The translations under genes were made by a program, and so were the position numbers. Below are positions 41,152 to 55,289 of a stretch of DNA of 64,000 nt, piece after piece. The notes under the pieces were generated by a model, which saw only the letters and a list, made by a program, of their open reading frames with translations, was not told the origin of the DNA and ran no database searches. Each line of letters opens with the position of its first letter. The first letter of the stretch is position 1. Source of the stretch: Batkoa obscura (Eukaryota); contig JASVEC010000028.1 of assembly GCA_030770535.1 (NCBI GenBank), positions 1 to 64,000 of the forward strand. The letters run 5' to 3'.

Positions 41152-41906
41152 ATGCCATGCTCATCTAGATGCGAAGATCATAATCATGAACAAGATATTG
41201 AGCCATTCAAAAAAGAAAGCTTATTAGGAAGTATAGATGTAGATAATATCAGATGTCTCAATGAAGCAGAAGACGATTCAGCTAAACAAGTCTTTAAACC
41301 ATATGAAGATTGTTTAAGTGAAGAAAAAGTAAATAATAATTACATACTGCTTTCATCAAATTGATATTTTGTAGTTTTTAAGATCAGACTGTGATGAACA
41401 ATTATTAATATTTGTTCCGTAAGTCAATAGTGATCCTTGGTATATTTATTAACATCAAACCTAGATTTACTGGACAAGTAAAATTAAAAAGTATTTCATT
41501 GAAAGTAGGGCGAGGTGGAAGTGCACCAGATAAAATGAAAGTATATATAAACCATGAAAGTATTGACTTTGATACAGTTGAAGATTTGGAAGAAGTACAA
41601 AGTTGGGATTTAGTTTCAGAACATGATGGCGTAATTGAATATAATACCCGTATCTCTAAATTTAATAGGGTCCGAAATTTAACTCTGTTTTTTCCTAGTA
41701 ATTTTGGAAATGATACTACTATTATTTACTATATTGGATTAAGAGGGGAGTTTATGGAGGTAAAAAATACTCAACAATAGTTTTAATCAAATTAATATTT
41801 TTAGATGAAACAAGCACCTATAGTTACTGTTTATGAAGTACAGCCTAATGTTAAAGATCACAAGATCCAAGGAATTGGAAATACAAACAACCATCAAATA
41901 GGATAA
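41152..41906 (+). CDS. PITH domain protein (PITHD1-like; multi-exon)
   Basis: IRCLNE, SDCDEQLLIFVPFTGQVKLKSI, SNFGNDTTIIYYIGLRGEF. Confidence 0.9.
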
Positions 41907-41940
41907 ATTATAAATATAATAAACAAATATCAAATTTTTA

Positions 41941-43665
41941 TTATTCTACTTTTGTTTTCTTCTTAATAAAGAATAAATTTAATAAATTTGAGATTGTTTT
42001 ATAAAGAAGATAAGAGAATATTGAAAAGGAGAGTAGAATAGGTAAATAAATATCCAAAAGGTAACGCTGATAAAGGGATAAATTTTGTTGAGGTAATTGA
42101 AAGTGAGAGTCAATACAATTATTATTATTAATCCATTTAAATGAGTTATTGCTACTTTGGCATATTAGTTTTAAGTTTAATAATTGTTGTATGTAATTTA
42201 TCGCAGTATCTATACCATTTTCATTTTGTTTTGATAACAAGTTTGCTCTTTTTAATGATAAATCGAAAGTATTATCCTTATCATTTATAATAGTCATTAT
42301 GTTACTTGAATATTCTTTTAATTCTGAGTTAAAGGGATCCATATATATTCCAATACCCATTTCAACTGCTTTACGTGCATTCCTTGGTTGATCAACAGAT
42401 AATGGTAATAATAACATAGGTTTGCTATAATGAATAGACTCAAATAAGGACATCAAACCACCATGCGAAACAAATAGCTTAATCTCTTGTTGATTTAATA
42501 TTTCTTTTTGATTTAAATATTCAACTAATAGAAAGGCAGGGTGGTTCAATAAGTCAATAGTATCCCCTATTAAATCAGAATGAATATTTAATAAACTTAA
42601 ATTATTTAATAAATATTTGTTTGCTATTATAACTCCATCTATTTCTCCCTTTTCTACTAAATTTAGTAATCCTTTTAATAGTTTTTTGAACTCACTATTA
42701 GGAGGATAAAATATGGTACCAAAGCTAACATAAACAATCCTTTTCCTTAATTTTAAAAACTTTACTATTTTTTTATCTAAAGGTTGAGCTTGGATTGAAG
42801 TCCTTATAATTGGCCCTATCATTTTAACACTTTGATCTAAAGGTCTATTCACCTCTAAACCATGGAACGTATTAAACAACTTTAAGTGATTGAATGGGCC
42901 AAAAGGTACTCTTTTCTTATTAATGTTATTTCTCTGTCTAATTTTATCTAGCTTGATTATATATTTACTTAAATAAACTAACTTTGATATCTTATTAATA
43001 AAAGTATAATAAATTCTTTCATAATAATCTAACTCATATAACTGAGTGGGCGTATAATGGAATTGGGAAGGTGAAATATAAGGGGAATTTAAAAATGGAA
43101 AAGATAAGTCAACTGTTTGAAAGCCGTGTATAACCGGTAAGTTTAAACTTTCTGCTGCATCCAGACATGCGGTAGACATAAAATCACATATTACAAGGTC
43201 TGGTTCATGTTCTTTAAATAATTTGAAATACGATTTTAAATTTAACTCATAGTTCGGTAATAATAAATTGCCTAATATATTCGAATACATTTCAATCTCA
43301 TTGGTTTTTGGCTCTTTTCTAGTTACTGCTTCACCCCAAATTTCAGACTCTCTTTTTAATACCCTATTCATATCCCTCTCAAGAACTAAATTAGTTACAT
43401 TATATCCCTTACTAAATTTTTGGTTATAGTCATGGCTAATATAATAAATGGTGTGGTCATATTTTTGTTGTAAATCTTTACATATTTCAAAGAGATAATT
43501 GACGTGACTTGGAGTCCCAATTTCTAGCCCAATCATTATTTTTTTGTTTATCTCCTCTCCAAGGGTATAGCATAATAAACACAATATTAAAGTTTTTACT
43601 ATTATCATTATCGACTTTGAATCTTTGTTTAAATATCTTTTATTGTTATCATTTATTGTTGTCAT
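41941..43665 (-). CDS. UDP-glycosyltransferase (GT1), intronless, membrane-anchored
   Basis: SH near the N-terminus, PDLVICD, VYVSFGT, signature FVSHGGLMSLFESIHYSKPMLLLPLSVDQPRNA, C-terminal TM and Lys-rich tail KKKTKVE. Confidence 0.92.
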   Translation of the reverse strand: MTTINDNNKRYLNKDSKSIMIIVKTLILCLLCYTLGEEINKKIMIGLEIGTPSHVNYLFEICKDLQQKYDHTIYYISHDYNQKFSKGYNVTNLVLERDMNRVLKRESEIWGEAVTRKEPKTNEIEMYSNILGNLLLPNYELNLKSYFKLFKEHEPDLVICDFMSTACLDAAESLNLPVIHGFQTVDLSFPFLNSPYISPSQFHYTPTQLYELDYYERIYYTFINKISKLVYLSKYIIKLDKIRQRNNINKKRVPFGPFNHLKLFNTFHGLEVNRPLDQSVKMIGPIIRTSIQAQPLDKKIVKFLKLRKRIVYVSFGTIFYPPNSEFKKLLKGLLNLVEKGEIDGVIIANKYLLNNLSLLNIHSDLIGDTIDLLNHPAFLLVEYLNQKEILNQQEIKLFVSHGGLMSLFESIHYSKPMLLLPLSVDQPRNARKAVEMGIGIYMDPFNSELKEYSSNIMTIINDKDNTFDLSLKRANLLSKQNENGIDTAINYIQQLLNLKLICQSSNNSFKWINNNNCIDSHFQLPQQNLSLYQRYLLDIYLPILLSFSIFSYLLYKTISNLLNLFFIKKKTKVE

Positions 43666-44530
43666 TTATTACATTTTTATATTCTTATTCGAATACTATT
43701 ATTAATATTTTAGTTTATCTTAGTTTGATAATCTTAATTTTATTTTCTTGATCTTCAATTTAACTTATTTTTTGCTTATTTTTTGCTTATTTTTTTTGAT
43801 AATTTATTAATATTACTGTTATTGAGGGTAAAATTAAAGCATCAAAATTTTAAAGGTTTTAATTTTTGCTATATTGTAAAGCTGAAATTTATTTAAAAAC
43901 AGTAATTTATTAAATGTATAAGAAAACACGTTATTTATTGATGATTTAAAAAGATTCAATAGATGTGTTCTATTCGTTTGTTATTATTAACTACTATGAG
44001 CATTTATAAGGTTATTTATAGTATTTAATATTACATTTGTTTAATTAAAAAATACCCAAATAGTTATATAAGTGATGAATTTATAATTAACTGCTTTTCA
44101 ATGTTTACTATCAAATTTAATCTCATTTTGTACTTCATTTAGTATAGTTAGAAATTAAACTCAATGACAATGATTGAACCTAAACAAAGGTAAACTGTAT
44201 ATGAAATATTCCATAGTTTATAGGAATATCTATATCTAGCATCCATGATTGATCCTATTTAGCCAATCGTTAGAAAAATAAAATTATCGACTAAATCAAA
44301 CTTAAAATAAACCGAAATTAAACGTTAAAAGTAAAAAAGTAGCGGGTCATAAAAAAGAAAAAGACAATTAATAAGAATAATAATATATAGATCAGCCAAA
44401 ATTACTATTTCAAGGGGCATATTAATAATGAATAAACATTATTTGTGTAGATAAATATAAACAATGATTTTACTTTTTTACTTTTATTACTTTATAAGAC
44501 CTTCACTTTATTTTTAATTAATCTAATTCA

Positions 44531-46192
44531 ATGGAGTTCATTCAAACGGGTATAGTGGACTCACCAAGGAGAGTAAAAGAGTCAATTTCAAACCCAGACT
44601 TCGACTTTATAATGGAGGATAACAGACTAAAGTCACCATTAGGAAACATATTACAATCCAATATAAATGCATTTCAACATAAGAAAAACTTACAGTTTCA
44701 GATAAATAAAGATCAAGTAGGAATTAAGATTACAACTAATAGTCTAATAACTTACTAACTAAAATCTAGGTCAAAACAAAACCAATTGTAAAAGAGAAGG
44801 ATGACATCCAATTAAAATGGATGTTAGCTTTAGAGAAAATAAATAGGTTAGAGAAAGAGTTGACTTTGACAAAAGAAGAAAACGAGTTACTTCAACAAAA
44901 ATTGAGTCAAAACGAACAAAATTATTACCACGGCTATTGGTTTATTTACAAACAATATATGGATCTACAAGAAAGATATTTCAAAAGGAGGATAGTAGAC
45001 TCATCACAATTAAAAGAAGCTAGTGTACAAACTGACCCTTTACCTCCAATTCCAGACGACATATTAAACAGAAAATTTCAACCATCTAGGTTGCCGCCAA
45101 GAATACAAGATGAAATCAAAAAAGACTCAAACATACTAAAGGGGTTCCAATCCCAACCAAATTTTAAACATTCTCATCAACTTTCTACTCTATCTGATGC
45201 GTCTACAAAGCTCCATGATATTTTATCCCCTTCAAAGATTAGTATTTATAAGGTAAACCAAATCAAATTTCAAAAATAAATTTTAACATAAAATATAGAC
45301 TGGCAATCATGGCTATAGTCAATCAGGTATATAATAATAATAATAATGATACCATGAGCTAATTTTTATAATAGTTGAAACATTAAACCAAGATAATGTA
45401 AGTTATGAAAAAGATAAGAATAGTGGAGAAATAAGGACTAGTAAATGGATGGTAAATACATATTTTAACATTGGTACTAGTTAATAATTATTATTTAGAG
45501 TACTTATAAAAAATTTCAAAAGGTGAGGTCAATATTTAATAAAACCTAACAAAATTGTTTGATTTATTTAAAGGTGAGTAGTGCGGGCTTATTTTAAATA
45601 AATCTTTTTTTGATATTTTATTTTAGATTATTTATTAAGGAGTCTTGATTTTAATCCCTTGTTTTAGGTAAAACCTTACCATCGAGCTTCCCCTTCAAAT
45701 GAAAACGTAAGGTTTTCTACTTTCATGGCGTGGGACAACTTGAAGTTAGATCTGACCAAAAACGATAAAGAAGCTTCTTTAGATAATGGTGATATAAGTG
45801 TTTTTAACAACAGTGAAACGAGCCATACATTAATAGAAAGTAAAGAAGATCGACAACTTTTTAATAATAAGAGAAAAGTACATGACTCAACTGACTTTAT
45901 AGCTCAAGAGAATGAAATGAATACAGATAATCATAGTAATGAAACTGTGGATACCAAGAGCGATATTGTAACTGAAAGCACAGTGCCAAAAAATGGTGAT
46001 CAAGAAGACAGCGTATCAAATGGTGAGGATAAGGATACTACACTCGGAAGCATTGATAATGAAGATTCCGTATCTATAAATAGTAGTGAGGAGCTTAATT
46101 TTGATGACTTAGGACCTCATTTAAAAGAAGAGGCGACTGAAATAAATTTTGAGTTAGACATGGAAAAGAGAAAAAGTAAATTAAACTTTTAA
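44531..46192 (+). CDS. Hypothetical coiled-coil / disordered protein (multi-exon)
   Basis: Successive + strand exons separated by GT-AG introns; heptad-like segment LEKINRLEKELTLTKEENELLQQKL. Confidence 0.6.
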
Positions 46193-46301
46193 ATTATAAT
46201 CTCAGGGAGATAATTGAACAAATAAAACATGTAAATTATTAGTAAATTTAATTCTGTTTCAAATTTTAAGTTGAATAACTTTTTGATTTTTTTGCTAAAT
46301 A

Positions 46302-46939
46302 ATGATAGTAGGCATCGGGGTTGATGTTTTGAAAATAACACGTATAAAAGCAGTTATCAGTAATGAGAAAAAGCTAATTAGATTCACTAATAGAATATTA
46401 AGTTTGAATGAAAGAAAAGAATTTTATAATCTGCTTAAAAAAGAAGTTAAACTAATCGATTTATCAGAAACTACACAATTAACAAACAAAGAGTTTATAG
46501 ATAAATATAGAATTGGTAAAGACTACATATTTTGATTTATTTGTTTAAACTCATATTCGATCTTTAGTTTATAATAAAATGGATCACTCTTCTTCCATAT
46601 TGAAATATCTTGCTTCAAGGTAATTAAGTTCAATACCAGAAGCCTTTCAATTAATAAAGAAGTGTTTAGATGGGCGTTAAAGGAAGCTATTTATAAAGCA
46701 GGGTACCCTGAAATAAAATTTACCTGGAAGCAAGTTGAGATTTATCATCAAAATAGTAAGCTATAAAATCATGTTATTTAAACTATAATTTATATTAAGA
46801 TAAACCATGTATACGAATACTATCAGATGAAGGAGGAGTTTCAAAACAAAATGATCCTTTTAAAATTTTAATATCGCATTGTAGCTTATCCCATGATGAA
46901 GATATCCTCTTTGCACAGGTTTTATTAGAATCCAACTAA
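46302..46939 (+). CDS. AcpS-type 4'-phosphopantetheinyl transferase (Ppt2-like; multi-exon)
   Basis: MIVGIGVDV, LASRWALKEAIYKA, KP, SLSHD. Confidence 0.88.
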
Positions 46940-47506
46940 ATGTATTAAATCGCAGATCATGTATAAAAAGATTGAACTTATGCAATAAAAAGGGTTTGAA
47001 TTTATTTCTAAGCTATATTTACATATGATTTATTTTATAGCATAATCAAAATAACTGAATTGAGTTATATAAGAATGTATCAATAGATTTTTACCAGAAA
47101 GTCTTCTTTCCTTTCAACGGTTTGTTCGTTTTTTAAGTGAAAATCTTCATTGAAATATTAAACAAGATAAACATTCTTGTTTCTTTAGTGTTTCTTTATG
47201 TATATTTTGAATTTTATCAACAAGAGCAATAGTTAACAAAAGTAATTATGGATAATACTATTGAGCTAGAATTTTAATATCTAAAATAGCTCCTGTACTT
47301 TTGTATCAATAATTCATTATGTGACCATATTTCGATAATTTTTAAATGATAGCAACATCTAATAAATTAAAATCACTTTCCCAAAGCTACTTAATCAAAA
47401 GAGTAACAAATAGATATTAAATTACACTAATGCCTTTAATAAGAGTATAATTGATAAAATAATAAATATAGAAATACAAAGTAAAATTGACAATAATTTA
47501 TTTTTC

Positions 47507-49485
47507 TTAAACATCATTATTAATAGCATCATTTTGATTTGTGTCCTTCTCCAAATCTTTTTGATCGTTTTTATCTTGTTGGTTTTCTTCTTGGATTTCA
47601 ACTTTGTCAGCCTGTTTAGCAACACTTTCATCAACTTCTATTTCTTCCTCTTCCTTAGCCTCTTCCTTTGATTTGTTATTTTGATCGTTTTTAGAATCAT
47701 GGATATTTCTTCTACTATCTCCTTCATCTTCGGAGTCAGATAATTCTCCTGGATGTACCCTTCGAGAATATGAATATTTTTCTACACATAATTAAATAAA
47801 TTCATAACAAAATAAATTTATTACCTGTTATTCTTATCTCTGGATCGTCAATATCTTCGTCATCACTGTCAACATATACGTCTCTAGGAACTTCTTGCAT
47901 TTGAACTGAGGGTGCAAATGGAAGATTTCTCATATTTTCAAATACAAACGATCTAAAGTTATGTAAATAAACAAACTTGAAAAATAATAGTACTAATTAC
48001 TTAATCCTATCTAAGTATTGTAATGAATTTAAATTATCCATATTGTTTGAAGGTACAGTAAGTTTATATTCTGGCCCATAGTAGTTAAAATACTCATTAT
48101 AAGGAAGATCTTCTTCTACAGTTTTTCCTACTAAAACTGAAGTTTCATATGTCCAAGCTCTTGCTACATTTCGGATTGAATACCCTCCTCCTCCAAGTAC
48201 AAGTAAAGGGACATTAAATGTTTTTACAAACTCAACACAATTACCATGACCTAATTAAATATTCAAAATTATTATTTAATTTCATGGAGCTTTGAGGTGT
48301 TAAGTAGTATATTATAAATTTTAATACCTTTTCCTGAAAGATTGAAACAGCCTAAACGATCACCTGCTAAAGAATCAGCACCGCATTGTAATACAATTGC
48401 TCCAGGTCTATAAAATTCCATCACTCTTGAAATAACTGATCGAAAAATATAATCATAGGAAATATCATCTATTCCATCTTTTAAAGGGAAATTTATGGCA
48501 TAATACTTTCCCCTGTTTAATCCTACATCTTTTAAATCTCCAGTACCTGGAAAATATTCACCAAATTTATGAAATGAAACGGTCATTACCCTATCGGTTG
48601 TATAAAACGCTTCCTCCACTCCATCCCCATGATGAACATCAATGTCAATGTATAATACTCTTTGATGGTATCTTAAATAAAATAAGCTTAATTCTTTAAA
48701 TATATATATAAATAAAAACACCTTAATAGTTGTATTATAGAAAGAACAATATCATTGACGTAACAGAATCCCGATGCCTCGTTCTTTTTAGCATGATGCA
48801 AGCCTCCAGACCAATTAATAACTATATCACTACGACCCGAGTTTAAATTTACAGCGCCATCTTATATTAACTGTTAAACACTACTTGGTGTTCAAAAATA
48901 ATTTACCTATTGAGCCACCAGCACTAATTTCGCAAAATTCAAATAATCCTTCATAAACTGGACAATCTTCTCCAGCAAAAACTAAAAAAGAGTTAATTGA
49001 AAAAATTGATTTGAAATAATTTACATTTATTTTGATGAGGGCCAAAATATTCGGCATTTTCAGGGGTAACTCTTGAAATGAAGTCAATATAATCATCAGT
49101 ATGAAATGCAGTCATTTGGGCTCTAGTTGCGCGAGAGGGTTGCTATTAAAATTATAAATACAAGATTAAACTTGAAGTGATATAACTTACCAAAATTTCC
49201 ATATGTTTATATAGACCATAAGAATTGACCAAGCTATTTACCATTCTCATCCTATGTGGCTTCATTGGGTGCCCTTTTTAAAGTTAGTTCATTTCCAATT
49301 ATAATTGAATCATTTACCAGAAGCAAATTGATAGTTCCCGACATCCTCTAAAAATTTAAATTAGTATAAGATATAGCTGATGAATATTAATGAGTGCTGT
49401 GGTATTTATTATTGTATAAAATTTATATTGAATGAATATATAACTTACTGTCATAGAAATAAGATACAGTAGGGTTATATGACAT
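47507..49485 (-). CDS. RPD3: Class I histone deacetylase Rpd3/HDAC1 (multi-exon)
   Basis: [58 protein letters not shown]. Confidence 0.96.
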
Positions 49486-49970
49486 TAGTTTTGATTATTT
49501 TAAAAAAATGATAAATCAAGCTTTTTTTTTGAATAATTTAATATTACGTTTATGCAGAATGACTTGAGAAAATGCAAAGGATGGATTTAAGCAATCATTT
49601 ATAATAATTAAAGCTATATTTTTTATAATAAACTTTCTTAATATTTTTGTTAGTTTATTTAAAACTATACCACTAATTAATGATTATACTACAGTAATAA
49701 CAAAGCTCAAAAAAATAGCTGTGTACTTTATTACTTCTGACATCATTTGATTTTTCATAAACCAAAATCAGTATAGCAATATAATAGTGAAATAAGTAAA
49801 AATGATTATGAAAACTTCATTAACCACAAATTCAATTTTTTTTATAAATCCGAATGTAAGTTTTAAAAAAATATTTATCTGTTCGTATTTTAGTACAAAT
49901 AAGAGCTATTATATATATTTAAGCAATATCAAACAAATACTGTGTTGGACATCGTCGTTTGGCAAAATAT

Positions 49971-50068
49971 GGGGATGTATTTTTTTGTTTAAGAATTTTA
50001 CTAACAATTTTTCACTCAAATAGCACTTAAGAAACGGAAAAAGTGATGAAGCCAAAAAAAACACCCCC
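49971..50068 (+). mobile_element. MITE copy 12
   Basis: TSD ATAT/ATAT. Confidence 0.92.
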
Positions 50069-50532
50069 ATATATTGTATATGTTACGATATTAATTAAAG
50101 GATCTTTCTTAATAAAAATTGGATTTAGATAAAATCAAAATGACACATAAAATATCAACATAAAACAACAGCAAAATATTATTTTGAACATTCATTCTTG
50201 TATTGAATAAATGCAAATTGAATTATATATAAGTGTATAATTTAAAACAGGAAGACGATAATACTTTAAAGTTATACTAAAATTTGTTTTTTAAACAGAA
50301 TGAAAAAATAACATAGGCTTTAATTTAAATTTTTAAATGATAGTATAAAGTAAAAACAATAACATCTTATATAAGGATGGTAGTCTTTTAAAAATCTTGA
50401 ATGAGTTAGACTCTTGAGTGGTTTATTGTTGTAGATAATCAAAAGAAGAATGGTAGTCTTTATGTTATAAAAATGACAAAAGAAGTAGTCCTTAAAATGT
50501 TTTTTGTATACATCAAAAACTAATCTAAATAC

Positions 50533-50629
50533 GGGGATGTATTTTTTTGCTTAAGAATTTTACTAACAATTTTTCTACTCAAATAGCGCTTAAAAATGGA
50601 AAAAGTAATGAAACCAAAAAAACACCCCC
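50533..50629 (+). mobile_element. MITE copy 13
   Basis: Flanks ATAC/ATAT. Confidence 0.9.
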
Positions 50630-50666
50630 ATATAATTATCATTATTATTACCAAGATTAATAATAT

Positions 50667-50765
50667 GGGGATGTATTTTTGTGTTTAAGAATTTTACTAA
50701 CAATTTTTCCGCTCAAATAGCGCTTAAAAAATGGAAAAAATAATGAAACCAAAAAAAACATCCTC
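50667..50765 (+). mobile_element. MITE copy 14
   Basis: TSD ATAT/ATAT. Confidence 0.9.
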
Positions 50766-53057
50766 ATATAACAATGATTTTAATGATTTGTTTTAGAATT
50801 AATTCTTATTTAAAATCGATCTTGATTTTAACATCTAATATCTAAAACATTTTTTATAGCAGACCATTTAACTTTTATAATTTTAAAAAATCATGTTTAT
50901 ACACCAATGAGATTGTATTGTATATCTAAAAAGTAACAAAAGTTAAAAAAGTCATTGTGATAAAGTCATTCCTGAAAAATTAACTCGGAGTATTATTTAT
51001 AAAACTTTAAAACTTTAACTTATAATAACATTTTATTTAATAATCATTCCTATTTATTTATAATTTGTAATTCCAAATTATTATTATTCTAACTTTTGAC
51101 CTTTTAAAATATTAACCAAATTAGGTTACTATTTTTGAACATAAACATTTTAAAACAAATTGAAATTTAGTTAAAAAAACATGCGTATTTTCTCAACCAA
51201 AGTCAATAATCTTAAACAATACACAACTTATTAAACTAGCTTTAGAAATAGTACCTTGTAAAAAGTTATTTATAATTTTGTTTATATTGTAAACTTTAAT
51301 ATTTTTTAATATTATGAAATATTGGTATATTAATCAAATCGAAGAATAATTATTAATACAAATAGTAATGTGCTTTTAAATCTTAATATAGTTTCTATAC
51401 TTTGAAATTAAAAAGTTTTCATTTCACTCATTTATTTCTCAAGAATAGCTGAAATCACACATAACAAATCTTAAGGTAAAGTTGTAACTTGTTGTCTTAT
51501 TTTTAAACGTGTGTTATTGTTTTTTCTTTAATTTGTTGTTTTAAGCTAAAAATAAATTTGAATTTGAATATCTATATTTAGTATATTTGTATTTATAAAA
51601 TTTCTAATATTCCATGTAATTATGAATTTTAATATCAATAAACTATAAAAGTTGTTAAAACGTGGGATAGTGTACACTATATTATAAGTTATATTAATGT
51701 ACTTGACTTTTAATAAGAAATAAAATTTCTAATAATAAATGAATTGTATAAAGCATTAATCCCGCCATTTAAAAATGCAATAAATAGAACCATTTATTGT
51801 TTCGAATTATAAATAAAACATATTATATGTCTAAATTTAATTCATTATCTTACAAAATGATTTAATTCTTTATCAAATACTTGTAAATTACTAAAATTAT
51901 TAAGAAGCTTATTTATCATTTGGTTACTACATTAGTGAATATACTCTTACAATATATTAATTTAAGTCATTTAAAGGTGTTAAAGTGGATAATGATCAGA
52001 GTTATTATATAAAATAATATAATTTATCCTTGGCATTTATTTTTAAAAATAGCTAAAAAATGTTTATTTAATTAATTAAATATTCTTAAAAGATATAAAA
52101 ATAAAATAAAATAATAAAATAATAAAATAATAAAATCTAGATTTGATATAAAACACTTTATTTTTAATAATAAATGACGTCTAATGTAAATTAGAGGATC
52201 ATATTCTAAACTTATTTTAAATTTACACTTCCTCTTGAAAGCCCACCGTTTTTCATCACCCAATATCTCCAAATGTTTTTCAGGGGTAAATTCAAATAAT
52301 AGCAAATCAAGCTAATATTGTAGTTTAAGCCATAAAGATCTTAAAATTAATTCGAGTTAAAAATAGTTAATCATTTTGGAGTGGTGAGATCATTAAGCTC
52401 TTTCAACCATTTAATTAGAATAAATTGATTGATACAGAATTAGGTTGAAACTAAGTAAAGGCTTTAAATTAGGCGGCAGACTTTTAACTAAGTTGATTAA
52501 TAAGCCATAAAACTTTATAGAATATCACTTACTTTTGGGCCAATTTTTAATAAATTTATTTTATGCACAATTATTAAACTAATCTTGAATTGATAATGAA
52601 TTCTTATTCTTTATTTTATAAAGTATATATAATTAAACTAAATCCCTTCTCTTTCTTTATTTTATTTTTACGTTTTATTATTTCCTATCCTTTCAAGTAA
52701 AACCGGTGAGAGAATAAGTACCGTTAGTTCATAATTAAGTTTAAGGTCCTTTCAAATATTAATATTAATTTGGTTTGGCGTTGTTATTTTGTTAGGAGGT
52801 TCTAATATTATTAAGTTGAATTTTAACAACCATTTATTTTTTCTCCCCGAAACCTTAAATTAAATTTAATTGGTTGAGTGATTATTAACCCTACTTCACC
52901 TTAGACTATTAAAACTTTCCGTAATTGATAATTCTTTTGTATATAACAAGAATTTAATACGTTTAAACTTACGCCAACTCTTAAAATTCAAATTATAAAA
53001 GCAGCTTAAATTGCCCCTTTTTAAATATATTTTTTTAATTATTTCAAAAATCTCAAT

Positions 53058-54188
53058 ATGCTTCAAGGCCAAAATGATACCAAACCCAATGAAATGGAAA
53101 AATTCAAAGTATTCTTAAAAATGCCAATAACCAAAGATTTTGTAGACATTTTAACATTAAAGACAAAGATTGTATTAGATTCAACTAGTTCAATTAAGCG
53201 ACCAATTACTCCTCCCTTGACACCTTTATGTCCTGGAAATTCACCTTTACCAAAACTTTCTACATTTGTTCGTAACCTCATAATAAGATCAAGAGTTCAA
53301 CCTGCTACATTATTTGGTACCATGGTATACTTGGAAAGGCTAAGAAGCAAATTTCAAAATATTATTGCTAAGCATGAGTGCGCCCCACATCGCATAATGT
53401 TAGCTGCATTAATAGTGGCTGGTAAATTTTTGAATGATTCTTCACCAAAAAATAAACATTGGGCTAATTACTCACAAATTTTCCACATATGTGACATCAA
53501 CCTTATGGAAAAGCAAATGTTAGAGTACCTTCATTTCAATCTTATAGTTACTGAAGAAGAACTTATGAAACAATATAATAGCTTTTCGCACTTACCTCAT
53601 AGTCCAAGGGAATTAGCTATTATTACTTCCATCCCATTCACACCTTCAACACCAAAATCGGGTATATTTCCACCTAGTCATAAAACTCCGTTTTCTATCC
53701 ATTTCCCAGAGATTTTAGATACAAACACAAGAAAGTATCATAAAAAAGAATTATTGACACCAGTCGTATTAAGCAATATTAAGGAAGGATCAATTTTACC
53801 AACACCTGATAGTAAAGGAAATAGAAAATACAATCCTTATCCTAAAGCAATTATTACAAAGTTAAACCATCCATCAAAAGGTTCAACACTCTATCAAAGA
53901 CGTGCATCACGTAAAAAGTTAAGCAATGAGTTCACACAGCAAACTAGTTTTAAAACTAACCCAGAAATTATATTGACAGTTCCAAACACAAATATTAATA
54001 ACCCACCTCTCTCCGCACCTTTATTTAAGCAATTTCCATACCCCACTTATAATTTAAAACAAACTACCCCTAATTATATGGCAACTGGACAAAATTGCCT
54101 TACCTTGCCACCTTTGAGTTCAATTATGGAACAAAGTCTTTCATTAAATTTATCTTACTCTACTAACTTATTTCCTCGCTCTGGATAA
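53058..54188 (+). CDS. Pho85 cyclin (PCL1/2-like), intronless
   Basis: LPKLSTFVRNL, VYLERLR, HRIMLAALIVAGKFLNDSSPKNKHW, INLMEKQML. Confidence 0.9.
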   Translation: MLQGQNDTKPNEMEKFKVFLKMPITKDFVDILTLKTKIVLDSTSSIKRPITPPLTPLCPGNSPLPKLSTFVRNLIIRSRVQPATLFGTMVYLERLRSKFQNIIAKHECAPHRIMLAALIVAGKFLNDSSPKNKHWANYSQIFHICDINLMEKQMLEYLHFNLIVTEEELMKQYNSFSHLPHSPRELAIITSIPFTPSTPKSGIFPPSHKTPFSIHFPEILDTNTRKYHKKELLTPVVLSNIKEGSILPTPDSKGNRKYNPYPKAIITKLNHPSKGSTLYQRRASRKKLSNEFTQQTSFKTNPEIILTVPNTNINNPPLSAPLFKQFPYPTYNLKQTTPNYMATGQNCLTLPPLSSIMEQSLSLNLSYSTNLFPRSG

Positions 54189-54947
54189 AGCAATCAAAAG
54201 TAGCACTTTGAAGCATTTTTGATCAATTTTGTTTGTATAAATTTAAAATATTAACCTCTTTTGTTCCTTTTCTTAAAATAAGCCGGTTTTAAAATAAAAT
54301 AATTCATAGAATTAAAATAAATTTTAAATTAAGTTATATTGCGAATTGTAGTTAAATTTGTAACTGAAATAACCATCTTGTTTTAAACAAATATATTTAA
54401 TAAATACTGTTTTCAGATAAACTGATTAGTTTTGAGCACAAATAACAGTTTAAATTAGAATATCAATAAATTAAAAAATATTGTTATATTGTTGTTAGAT
54501 AATACTAATATGAGAATTTCTCAGTTCAATTTTGTCCATTTATTAGATAGCTTAAAATTTAAGAAATAAGCAAGGGTGGAATGATGATGCTATCAATTTT
54601 CAAAAGCTAATAAGTTAAGGTGAAATAGAGGTAAAGTATAAATAAACTTTTCAATTTTAAAATTAATTTAACCTTAAAATCAAGATATAATAATGTAGTA
54701 AAAATAAAAGATCATAATACTGATTTAAGGTTTAAAAACTATGAATAAATCAATAAAAGTAGTAAAAATGAACTTTTTTTTTATAATTTAATGATTTAAA
54801 TGCGCTATATGCCATATTAAGTTCTATAAATACTACATGCTTTTGATATGGTACTTCATCCCGCTTCCCTGATTAAATATTTCATAATAATTTTTAAAAT
54901 ATACATTTCCTTATACGTTCTATATGCATTAAAGTTAAAAATAAAAT

Positions 54948-55045
54948 GGGGATGTATTTTTTTGTTTAAGAATTTTACTAACAATTTTTCTACTCAAATA
55001 GCGCTTAAAAGATGGAAAAAGTAATGAAACCAAAAAAAACCCCCC
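54948..55045 (+). mobile_element. MITE copy 15
   Basis: TSD AAAT/AAAT. Confidence 0.93.
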
Positions 55046-55289
55046 AAATAATAATTATACACTCTGATGAAGTGTTTTAAAAAATACTTGAAAAGTTATG
55101 AATACGATTAGATAATTCCGATTATCTTTTATAATACTAAAACATTAGCTTAAATTGTATGAGATAAAAAATACAGTTTAATTACAATTAAAAATTTGAT
55201 AAACTATTGGATGTATAATTTTATACAAATTTGTGTTGATATCTAATTATTTTCACAAGAGTATAAATATTTAATATCACTTATGTTAT

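Noticed and set aside
50770..53050. Long AT-rich stretch upstream of the cyclin, including ORF 52072-52305
   Set aside because: No recognisable coding, RNA or repeat structure; it is probably regulatory or 5' UTR sequence.
7255..53281. Antisense or alternate-frame ORFs overlapping real genes (e.g. 7255-7563, 13591-13854, 14822-15109, 32798-33334, 43509-43751, 53063-53281)
   Set aside because: These are shadow ORFs of well-supported genes and carry no motifs of their own.
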